From the NCBI GenBank assembly GCA_027604505.1, contig JADIIX010000078.1, forward strand, positions 1 through 64,000: a stretch of 64,000 bases of DNA, given 5' to 3'. Both the position numbers and the translations under genes were made by a program. How positions within the stretch are numbered: position 1 is the first letter of the stretch; the number at the start of each line of letters is the position of its first letter. Shown here in pieces: positions 22,852-33,900 of the stretch. Source of the DNA: Gonapodya sp. JEL0774 (taxonomy: Eukaryota). The notes below the pieces were generated by a model. It searched no databases, was not told the DNA's origin, and saw only the letters and a list, made by a program, of their open reading frames with translations.

Positions 22852-25364
22852 AAGGGTTTCAGGTTTCTGTAGGGCCAGGGTGGTGTGTCAGTTGTCGGTT
22901 GTCGGTTGTGGTGGTTTTTTTTTGTTGTGTGTGAAAATGGACCGGGATGGTGGTGTGGTGTGTCTGTGTGTGTGTGTGTGGGCGACGTAGTGTAAATGAT
23001 AGTGGACAGTGTATGGTGTGGCGTGGCGTGTGTGGAGGGAGGGGTGAATTGGAGCTTGCACATATCGATCAATCGTCACTTGGCGTGCCCGCGTCTCCTT
23101 GTCTCCCTGCGACATGTTTGGGTCATACACAACCCCACTCCACTGTCCCACTGATTCACATTTGCCCGCACCCATCCACCTACACACAACGCGACACGTT
23201 ACCGAGCACCTGTGTCGTACACCTGGGTCCCGGGTTCTGGGCGGACCCTGGGTTGGACGTTGGTTGCTGGTCCAACCCAACCTGGGTGTGCTGGCGCCAC
23301 AGGGATTGGGGGGGTACAAGAGACCCGTCTGTGCACGCCGTGGGCCGTATCATGTATGCTCTCCTCGACTCGTGCCCGTGCGTGTTCATCGATTTTTTTT
23401 TGGTTGGGGGGGGGGGGGGGGGGTAACGTTGCGACGATAGGCTGGTATGAAGCCAGCCATGATGTGAACACAGACACCCACCCCCCCGACTTCCCACCTC
23501 CGTCGTGCCCGCTGGTCTGGAATACTCCACTCTTGGGAAATCTGATTACACGTATTTACGTGGGTAGGGGGCTGGGGGGAAGGGCCGGACCTGAAGTGTG
23601 GGGGGGCGCAGCCCCACATGCCCACCGGTCACCGCGCCGCTCTCTCGTGTACTCGGGTCTCCTGTCGGTCCACCACACCGACACGATCGGTCCGCGTACA
23701 AAAAAGCGTGTGCGGTGTGCCTAGAAGGCCGGAGGAAATGTGCGCGCGTTGACAGGGTGGGTGACTTTTGACCTGTCGTGCACGTGACCCGGGCCACAAG
23801 TGAGTATCCCCCAGGACCAGGCGTCAGGTCAGAGATCCGGGTTCAAGCACAAACGGTGGCCGTGATCCTTTCGTGGTTCTCCACCTGGGTCCGAGATCGG
23901 CCTGGAGTGTCCATAACTCCCAGAGGTACAACGAACAGCCGGTGAGGGTGTGACCATGGTCGGGTTGGACTAGAACGAGTGTGGGTATGGATAGGAGAGG
24001 TAGTATAGGACTTTGACGCGCAGATTGAGGAGGGCGGGGTCTTGGGTTTGAGAACGTGACACCCCCCGCCCAGGTTTCCTTCACACGGTACGCTCAGCCT
24101 CACCCTCTCCCATGAAGTCTCCCTCAGGCGACGCATGTTCGACGACTTGGCGTCAGTGTCAGCACCTTGGATCGTGGATCGAGTTGATCGGCGTGCAACA
24201 CCTGACTGCACGGGGATGGTCGTCAGTCGGCTTAACCCAGCCCCCTCTCCCTCCCCCTCCCAGGATCACAATCTCGGCACACAGATGGAATTCACGTGGA
24301 TGGAGCTGTTTTACTGTCGCATGACATGTCAACGTTTCATCGGCAGGACAACGGATTTCATCTCCCACCATGTCACACCGACATCCACAGAACTCGGTCG
24401 GCGGCGCTCTTTTTGTCTCTCGTTACTTTCACTGTCGGACACCTACGTAACCCGGGATGAGCAACACTTGGCGGTCGGGGCGATCTGTAGGGGGAACCGA
24501 CGGGAAGTTCTCACGCAGTGTCATACTTGTAAAAATACACCGCTTCTGAGAGTTCTTCTATCAGGCGGCTACACACTTATTGTGAAGCGGGCTACATCAA
24601 AGATAGGGTTATCGGAGAGGGGGCGAAAGAAACAGGAGTGCGTTGACGTATTCCACTTTTCACTTCCCGATACCACTGGAAAGGCACGACACGTTCTGAG
24701 CCCACTAAAAAGTGCGGGAACCTTGTGGCTTGCCGAGAAGTAAAGTGCACAGAACAAAAGAAAAGTTCTTCCTTCTCGGTTTCATACCACACGACAACAC
24801 TTGATACAAACAGCTTCCAAACGGTGGGTTGCAGAAAAAGTGAATCAAATATATTCAATGACGCAATCATTCATTCACGTGGCTATGCATTGTGAAGAGT
24901 AAGGACTGCTTGGTGGGGACGTTCAGTATTCTGTTCTCCGGCAATACCGTTCTAACTGAACGTGGTGGTGAGGGTGGATTTTTCCAAGACAGCCCTCCGA
25001 TGTCACAGCGTAAGCATGCCAAACTATCAGAAGAGGTTGCGACGGGTTTCGTTGCGACGGGTTTCGTTGCATTCCAAGAATAGTGCACAAAAACTGTTAG
25101 AGTTACCATCGTTCGTTACCCCATCGCTTCCTTCACAAACACTAAAATAACAACTTGGAATGAGGACGCTGGGCAGGCAGATGTCAACAGAGGGTACACT
25201 TTCTCACCCAGTCACTCGGTGTTAGGCTCTACAAGTCACTCAGTGTTAGGGACGTACGCCACCATCGTTGGTTGACATCATATCCCATTTACACACTCTC
25301 CACAAAAATAATACACTCCATTTGTATACTGGCCACCCCACTCGTACGTCAACCACCATCCGTT

Positions 25365-26093
25365 TTAGAGGCCACCTGTCAAATTCCGGGGAACGTACTT
25401 GACAGTGCCAGCTGCCTTCTCCTTCAACACCTGCGTATGTCCCTTAATCCACTCCACGACATCTTCACCACACTCAAATTTGCTCAACCGTTCGTCGACG
25501 GGGACAAAGAAGCCGAAAGCGTCGGCGAGGTCGTACCGGAGGACTTGAACTTCGTGCGGGTCCAGTCGGAGGTCGGAAAAGGTGGAGGTGAGAGTGGGCT
25601 AGTACAATATAGGAGTATGAATGTAATAGAGTGACCGAGGACATGGAGAAGGTGCGCAGCAAGTGGATCATATGTTGAAAAAATGCGACGAACTCTCGGG
25701 CACACGATCCCTCACGACTCACCGTGACGTCCTTGTTGTTGTTCAGCGTCGCAAGCTCATCGAGAACTTTTTCTCGGAGCGCCTCGTCCGTTGTTCGCTT
25801 GTTCAGCTGCTCCTGGAACTCCTCGGTGTGAAGAAGGAATCTGATGAAGAAGAGCACGGCACAGACGCACGATGGAGCAGCGGCGACGTTGGTGAGATCC
25901 ATGGGAAGTCGTACATGGCTGGATGCGGAACGAAACTGAGAGATGCTCACCGAAAACGGTACGGAGTTGAGGTCTTGGATGAGGACGTGCCGGAGCGTGA
26001 CTGCGCACGAGATTGCAGGGGGATGGCCAAAAAGGGAGCTCTGCGAGCAGACGACGTGGGGAACTGGGCGAGAGTGGCGAGTCGGGATGCCAT
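25365..26093 (-). CDS. Acyl-carrier-protein-like mitochondrial protein lacking the DSL serine (3 exons)
   Basis: Spliced: MASRLATLAQFPTSSARRAPFLAIPLQSRAQSRSGTSSSKTSTPYRFR/FLLHTEEFQEQLNKRTTDEALREKVLDELATLNNNKDVT/PTLTSTFSDLRLDPHEVQVLRYDLADAFGFFVPVDERLSKFECGEDVVEWIKGHTQVLKEKAAGTVKYVPRNLTGGL*. GT-AG introns; acid-free Arg/Ser-rich leader; aligns by eye to the adjacent ACP. Confidence 0.75.
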
Positions 26094-26221
26094 CTATGCT
26101 AGAAGTGCAGTGTTGTCACCACTACAAGGTCTCGGAGGGAAGGCGCTCATGCTTCCAACAAATACATAGTCAAAGAGATATCATCCCCAGATTGAAACAA
26201 TCGCTATACATGACAATGTTT

Positions 26222-26963
26222 CTACAGAGCATGAGGGCTAATGAAACACAAGAAGTTTTCGCGTCATGGGGTACACCGCAAGAAGGAGACGGGTCAACTG
26301 AATGGAATGCAAACTTGCAACGAAAGAGGATACCTACTGTTTAGCTACAGCCTCCACTGCGATGGGTACGCTCAAAATTTTCTCTGCCTCGTCATCAGAC
26401 AGCTCAATGTTGAATTCATCCTCGATAGCCATGGTAACTTCGACGGCGTCGAGGCTATCGAGGCCAAGGTCCTCAATGAAACGAGCAGATGGGGCGATCT
26501 GCCAGAAATAAGACAGGAAATGTAATCGAGGACCATGGTGGTCAGATATGAGAGATATGGTGGGGGATGCATTCCGATCCTATACACCAGCGCATATGCA
26601 TGACACAGTGTACCAGTTTCACTTAAAGCCTTTCACTAGTGTGTAAAATTCCTTTTCCCAAGGTGTGCCACTTTCGAAAACCTCTCCTCATATGACGATC
26701 CTTTCTCCACTTCGCAGAACTATCTACACCACAGGCCAACGTCTTCCAAAATATTTCCTCACCTTCGTCGGGTCAACTTTCCCAAAACCACGAAGCACCG
26801 CAAGAACCCGCTCTTCAATGGCCTTTTTATCCAGTCCGTGCGAGTCTGAGTACAGTCGGGAGCCTGGAGCAACAACAGCGGGAAGCAATCGCGAGGTTAC
26901 GGAGGAGGATAATGTTTTAGGGATGAGGGAGGCGGCAAGGCGTGGTGCGATGCGAGAGAACAT
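26222..26963 (-). CDS. ACP1: Mitochondrial acyl carrier protein (NDUFAB1/Acp1)
   Basis: Presequence [13 protein letters not shown]..., then [60 protein letters not shown]...KH/PHAL*, with an intact LGLDSLD motif. Confidence 0.96.
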
Positions 26964-27091
26964 CTTTTGAAACGTCGCGGTGACGGTTGTGTTTTGGACT
27001 TGCCTTTTGCATCCTTCTAAATGTGACCAAAGCCCAATCACAGACGGAACTCCCTTCCATTTTCTGGACAATTTCAGCCCTCAATTTTCAT

Positions 27092-27633
27092 ATGGATTCT
27101 ACGCAACAACAACCGGCCTCCAAGGAAACACAAGAACCTTTCGTGTTTACGAAACAGCTCGAGGTTGGATGGAACTATGACAAGTCCAACCGGGCGCTCA
27201 CCATCAACCCAATGATTTAGGATATTCTTGCATCGGAACGACTTCCCCAATCTCAGGTACAAGGCCTTCCGGTACGTGCTTACCTTGGTACGTTCTGCTT
27301 GCTTATTCCGCCTCGCTGTGGTTGCCGCATAACGGAATCCATATTCATGGATGGTTTGCGTCCAGACCAAACGGTCGTCCCCCTGTTGATAGAGGGATTG
27401 AAAGCAGTGGCACGAGAGAGGCGCGTAATCGATTGTATTGCTCTGTCGAGGGGGTCGTGGTCTAACTGTATGTCCATTTATGTGCAGACCTGCCAACCCA
27501 GGTGCGCCTTTTGCTATTTTCTTCAGCTAGGGGTAATCTCTAGTGTTACATTTCCTGCTTCGTGCATGTAGCGGAGTATCTCGGCATGTTTCTCCTCAGA
27601 GCGAGCAGGTCTCAGCAAGAGGGAACGACCTGA
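27092..27633 (+). CDS. DPY30: COMPASS subunit Dpy-30/Sdc1, 5 exons
   Basis: Spliced ...LPVRAYL/DQTVVPLLIEGLKAVARER/PANP/AEYLGMFLLR is the Dpy-30 motif. The model requires a GC-AG intron at 27421-27487. Confidence 0.88.
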
Positions 27634-27681
27634 GAGGTTCACGAATACATATAACTGAATCAAATCTGTTATGTAAATTTC

Positions 27682-28319
27682 TCATCGCGAGCCAGCAAAC
27701 GCTCCCCGTCCTTGCTCTCTCCAAGGACCCGACAACGGCTTAGTTTGAATCTCCAGCTCTTGTAGTTCCAGGCGTAATGTATCAGATAAATGCGAGCACC
27801 GAATGACGCCGACTGTGAATCTCCCACCTAATTCTGGACCAGCATTATCTCGGGTCTTCCTCTTCTCGAGAAGGACTTTCGAGCTCTGCTTGCGGCCTTT
27901 ATCTTTAGACTCGGAGTTTCTCATCGCAGGTGCATCATGGTGCCGGTAATGAACACCACGCTGTTCAGACTGCTCGCTGCCTAATTCTTCCATCTCATCA
28001 TTGGTGATATCTTGCGATTGGTCAGTTTGACTCTTCAGGAAAGACGGTCTTGTGGAGGACTGTAAACTTCGCCCGCCTGGGGATGATGCAGATGTGCCAC
28101 TCATGGCACCACTGATGTCAAATCGATTCCGTCGAAGTTGTTCAAGAAGCACTTGGTCGCGGGCGTGCAACTCTGTAGGGAATGCCGCAACACCGCGATG
28201 AGCCCATAACGCGTGACACGCAGGAGCTTGCGGGGTTGTCGAGGATGCGATCGGAGTGTAGTGATAGAGTACCTACCGTCCTTCCTCTTCCGAGAGCTCG
28301 CGAATGTAAGCTCCAGCAT
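27682..28319 (-). CDS. Hypothetical, largely disordered protein (2 exons)
   Basis: MLELTFASSRKRKD joins the 162-aa ORF 27682-28170 in frame through a GTAGGT...CTACAG intron. No recognisable domain. Confidence 0.45.
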
Positions 28320-28421
28320 TACGGTCGGTGAACGGGGAAGGTGCTGTGGGAGCACCCATTTATTTGTATGATGTTTTATCAAATCAAAAGAATCTTACAA
28401 AGTATTCCATAAAACAAACAT

Positions 28422-30511
28422 TCATTCTTCCTCGTTAGCTGACGTTGCCTCCTTCGACTTCTTCGACTTCTTCTCCTTTTTGCCTTCTTTTGCTTCCGCC
28501 CCTTCGGATTCCTTTTCTTCACTCTTCTCTTTCTTCGCCTTCTTCTGCAAATGAAAGTTATACATCTCTTTCAGGAAATTCTAAGATGCGGGGTAACGTG
28601 ATCATGCTCACCTTCTTCTCTGACTTCCCCTCTTCATCACCCCCCTCTGCATCAGCTTTTCGCTTTTTGTGTACCTTCTCTTCAGCTGGATGGGGTTCTG
28701 CCTCCTCACCATTGGCAGGTTTTGCAGGAGCAGCATCGGTCTTTGGCTTCCCAGCCGGAGGTCTATATCAAGGCGTATCCACGTGTTTGAAGATTCGAAT
28801 TATCTGCAACATGAAAAGATTCGAAGACGACACTTACGCTGCATAGTCTACATAGTCTTTCTTCCAACCGTCGGGAGTTGTTTCTGTCGCCCGTCCGTAT
28901 TTGTCAAGTTTACCGCTAGCAATCTTAGAATTGCACCCGTTTCAAACGCAGATGCCGAAACAGCTATGAATGGACCCACTCACCATTTTTTTCTTCTCTT
29001 GCGCCTTGGGACCCAATCCCCATCTCCGCGGGTATGTGTCCCTCTCCATGATCACACGCTTAATTTTTGCGACCACCCCGTGGTCGCAGGTCGCCATGAC
29101 CGCCGTGTTCATCTGCGCAATACCCAGCGCAATCGCCTCGCCCTTTGTGGTCATTAGCACCACTTCCTCGTTGACGTCGATACCGTGTTCGAAGCGAAGA
29201 AGACCTGGAATCATGAGCTTCGCGCCGTAGCAAATGGCGTTCACAGCGGAGTCTTTGACAACGATGCGTTTGTAGGTAGTGAGAAGCGATTCTAGGGGGC
29301 GGATAGTGCGGCGGAGGTAGGTTTCTTGATTTCGCAAGGGGGTGATCAGAGAGTCAGTAGGGATGATCGAGAGCGACAACGCGATAGCCTGCACAATCCC
29401 ACGCACCATCGCGAGTGTTATCGTACAGCCATTGGGCATCTAGAACGTCATGCATAGTAACCATGTCGTCCTTCAAGATGACCAAATTTGATCAGGAGTT
29501 CCGGGACCTTTCGGATTCGATTTGGACTCACATTCTCCGACAACGCGCCCGACCGTACTCGCCGAAGCTCCTGCATATGACCGCCAACTCCAAGAAGAAG
29601 ACCGAGGTGGACGCAGAAGGTACGAATGTAGGTTCCAGCCTCGCACGAGACCCAGAAAACAGCAAGATGGCGGTTGTTGTCGAATTCATACAATTTCGTT
29701 TCGTGGATTGTTCGTACACGGAGTTGACGTTTCACAGCAGAAATAAGAGGGGGGCGTTGGAATAGAGCTCCGGTGAGGGTCTCCAAGGCCTGTACAGTGC
29801 CACATCAATTGAATGAATGGTACAAACCACATAAGTGTGGACCAGAGGTACACACTCACCGCAGTCATTTTCTTTTCCGATTCCAACGCATCGTGCAGGC
29901 GAAGTACACACACGTATTCCTTTCCTGCACCTTGTTGCGATTTGACCAACCGCGTCGCGCGGTCGACACAAACGATCAGGCAACCAGTGACTTTTGGGTC
30001 GAGGGTGCCCGAGTGACCGGTCTTTTCGACACGCAATATTCGTCGAATCCATGCTACAACCTCGTGCGAGGATGGGTTGGCAGGTTTATCGAGGTTGATG
30101 ACTCCATACCTGCACATAAAATTCTGATTATCGTTCCCACGTAAACTCATACGAGTTAGTTATGCATACCGAATGTACTCTTTCAAGTCGCGTTTTAGAG
30201 GCGAAGTGCCGTTGGGGATAGGTGTGTAGTGGCCAGTTCGAACATTGAGCTTATCGTAGTTCTGTGCGGGTAATGTATGACTTCAATGAGAGCTGCTAGA
30301 AAGTATCGAGTGCTCCAACACAGCTAATACGTTTTTGAGTCGAGAAAACTCGATGATTGCTGACGATGGGCATATTCCAATCTGAACGAACCTTGAGTAG
30401 AAGAGGCCATTTAGAAGAGTCGAGAGGAGTGGTAGCCGCCTGTGGTTGTATGACGAAATTTCCCGTCCGCTGTTTTTCGCCAACGGTCTCATCCTTTTTC
30501 GATTTGGACAT
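28422..30511 (-). CDS. CBF5: H/ACA snoRNP pseudouridine synthase Cbf5 / dyskerin
   Basis: [54 protein letters not shown] domain, [15 protein letters not shown] and a Lys/Glu-rich tail. Confidence 0.98.
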
Positions 30512-30922
30512 AGTCGATTACAGAATATTCGTTGATGTTGATGTTGGAAGAGAAATAATGTCGGTCTCCAACAACGGGCTTTGGTCAAACCTCCTGGCGC
30601 TCATCGGTCACTTCTGACCTTTCTGCGTCAGTCACTCTCTCCTTATGTAAGGCACATATATTTTGAGCTACGCATGGTGGAGAATTACTGCGATGTGGAA
30701 TGCGCCTCCTAAATCGGGATTTCAGCCAAAGAGTCAGTTACACCTCGAGATCTGAATGCTTGGGTGAGATAATTTATAGGTCGTCATGCACTGAGTCGAG
30801 TTTGAAAGGGGGTGTCAGGTGAGTGGGTTGTCAGGCTGTGGCCGGCGGCAGCTGTGGTGGTCTCTGCACTCTAGAAACGGCATTGTTAAAACAGAGGCTG
30901 TAACCAACCCACCGCCGTGGCG

Positions 30923-33900
30923 ATGCGCCAATCAATAGCTTCAGCTGATGTTGGAGATGCATTAGCGCTTATTCGAGTAGTTGTCCGGGTCCGCCCGGCT
31001 ACAGATACCCAAACGGCAAAGTGGCTCATTCGAGGCGGGAACTCCCTTTCTCTCCTCCAAGAGGATACCCGGAAATCTGTTCCCGTTCCAGTACCTGGCT
31101 CAACCTACATGTTTGGTAAGTCATCGGTTTTAATCGTGGAGGATCCGGGAAATCGATCTCTTGTGGATCCCAACCACTTTGACTCCTTCGCGGACCAAAA
31201 AGATCACGTATACCCAGCCGAAGGGAGCTCAGAGAATGTTTATGCTGACATCCGTGACATCGTAGTCTCTGCCATGAATGGCATCAACGGTGAGCTTTGC
31301 ACTTTCGAGGATTTTAGTCGCGACCTTGAACCAACGGTGGTCCTTTGTGACAGGAACAATATTCGCATACGGACAGACTTCGTCGGGTAAGACATTTACC
31401 ATGCAAGGAAACGAAAAGCAGCCCGGGATCATACCATTGGCTATACGGGATGTTTTTCAACATATTGTGGATGTGAGAGTGCTCGTCCTCTTACCTTGAT
31501 GTTTTGTGGTTGCGACGTATCCCTGTTCTCTTTTCATAGACACCCGAACGAGAGTTTCTCTTGCGAGTGTCCTACTTGGAGGTATGCTGTGACCGAAAAG
31601 GTCTTTCGATACGGTACTCACCGCACACCCACTCCAAGATTTACAACGAACAAATCAAGGATCTCTTCAACCCAAAAAATGACAATCTCAAAGTTCATGA
31701 GAATCCCAATGTAGGAATGGCATGGTCATCAGAATCCCGCCGCCATTTCAAACTTGTGTCGCTTGCATACAGCGTGACATCTACGTCGGAGAATTGACCG
31801 AAGAAATTGTATGCTCGCCTGAGAGTGTCGCAAGCTGGATGAGCAAGGGGGAAGGTAGGTAGATCTCTCTGTCTTTGAGGGGTGTTCCCTGTGGTCAGAT
31901 ACACCATCACTTCGTCAGCCAATCGCCACGTCGGGGAGACGAACATGAACGAAAGAAGTAGTCGATCCCATACCATCTTTAGAATGGTAACCGGAATCTT
32001 TTCGACTTATTAGGTTTGTGGTGTTGACATGCCCCTCCCCTCAACTGCACAGGTTATTGAGAGTCGGGATAAAGATGCGGAACAACCTCTTAACAACAGG
32101 TCATCGCTAGCGGGAGCTTACAAAGTCTCGTGTCTGAACCTGGTCGATCTCGCTGGATCCGAGCGGGTGGGACACACTGGGGCTGAGGGCATACGACTCA
32201 AGGAAGGTGGTCATATCAATAAGAGCTTACTGGCACTTGGTACAGTCATAGGGAAGCTGTCTGATGCTTCCGGTGCGGATAGGTGGGGTCTCTTCTGCTG
32301 ATGACATTGAGCCGTTGAACGGCTCACATTTTGGCAATGCTTAGGCAGCATATTCCATACCGCGATTCGAAGCTCACTCGGATTCTCCAACCTTCACTCG
32401 GAGGGAATGCACGGACTTGTATTGTGTGCACAGTAAACCCAGCGGCTCAGTTTGTTGAAGAGACTCTTTCAACCCTGAAAGTGGGTTGCTTGCCTTGAGT
32501 CTACCACTCGGAAGTCTTTGTTTGCCTCACGAGTCTTGACAAACTTGCGGTTTTCACCTAATGTTTTCATGACTCACTGTTCCTTGTTCAAGTTCGCAAC
32601 TCGCGCCAAGACAATACGAAATCGTCCTGAAGTAAACGAGGACGTGTCAGAACAGGCGCTGCTTCGCAAGTACAGAAAAGAAATCAACTCCCTCAAGTCG
32701 CAACTTGATGAAGTGAGTAAGCGATCGGTGTATTTGGTGACCCACGATTGTGCTTAATTGCCTTCATAAGTTTAAATCCCGCGATGGGTCGAAAGGTGCA
32801 GACGACTCAATGGCAGAGCTGATGCGTAAGCAGCAAATGGAGAACGAGGCCGAGAGAGAGAAGATTAAAAGCAACTACGAGCTGTTGAAGAACATGATCT
32901 TGAACTCTTCCCTGCTTTCTGGAGGCCAGTGGAATCCAAAGGTAAGAGGTCGTATGGCTTTCGGAGTTAGACAGACAACATCTGAACGCGTCGTGGTCCA
33001 AGAGGAAAGATGCCAATCGGCGCAAAACGTGGTTCCCAGGAAAAACGGCGTACCAAGATGAGGATGAGGAGAGTGTTTTTGAGGCTTCCCGAACCCCTGT
33101 CAAGGTAAACCGCGAACGTGTACTCGGGACTGGCAGTGACAAATGTTTGACTGTGTATCACGAAAATTGTAATCAGGCACTGCAAGGCTCTGCTGTTGCG
33201 AACGATGCGGATTGGTTTGCCGCGAATTCGAAGTTGAAGGCAAAGCTGGAGACGGTTGGTTTGGATATCAAGCACCCTCGTGAACAGGCTATTCATTACA
33301 TCTGTCTCTTCCATCATAGGTCTTGACACAGCAGGAGGAACAGAATGCAGTGCTGAAGGAGCTTCAATGCGCTTTTAATGCTTTTCGCACGAGTACGCTG
33401 CGCCTCCTCGAAAGCAGCCCAGCTGACTTGGAGAAACCGTTTCCCGACGAGACACCCGAAATTGTGGCATTGAGACACCACCTCTTGTCTTTGCACATTG
33501 AAAAAGATCAAATGCGTCTTCTACATGAGCGTGCTTTAGAAGACGCACAATTTCTCAGGACTGAAATTCTGAGTGTCGGGGAGGCATACGATGAGCTTCG
33601 AAGACACCGCGAGGAGGCTGGCATCAACGTGGCACAGCTGCAGCAAAAACTTGCCGATAGTTGTGATGAGCGGAAGATCCTAGTTCAGAAACACAACATC
33701 GCCGAGGAAACCACCGTTGGACTTCGTGAGACGATAACCCAGTACAAATCCCGCGCCACGGAGTTGGAGGATCAGTTACAGAGACTGCAAGAAAACGGTG
33801 AGTCTGGAATGTTATGCCCTCCTTTATACACCGCATACACCACCCACGCCAATGTTTCACAGGGAGTATCGAAAGGGAGCGGCTTGCTGCGACTGAAGTC

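Noticed and set aside
17480..24000. Terminal inverted repeats enclosing RPS9-RPL21 (gene-capturing transposon)
   Set aside because: Only an ~11-bp inverted match (GACTTCCCACC) and shared CTGGG richness; no extended TIR or TSD.
20333..24743. Many overlapping 100-365-aa Pro/Gly/His-rich ORFs
   Set aside because: Artefacts of stop-poor GC-rich introns and UTRs around RPS9 and RPL21.
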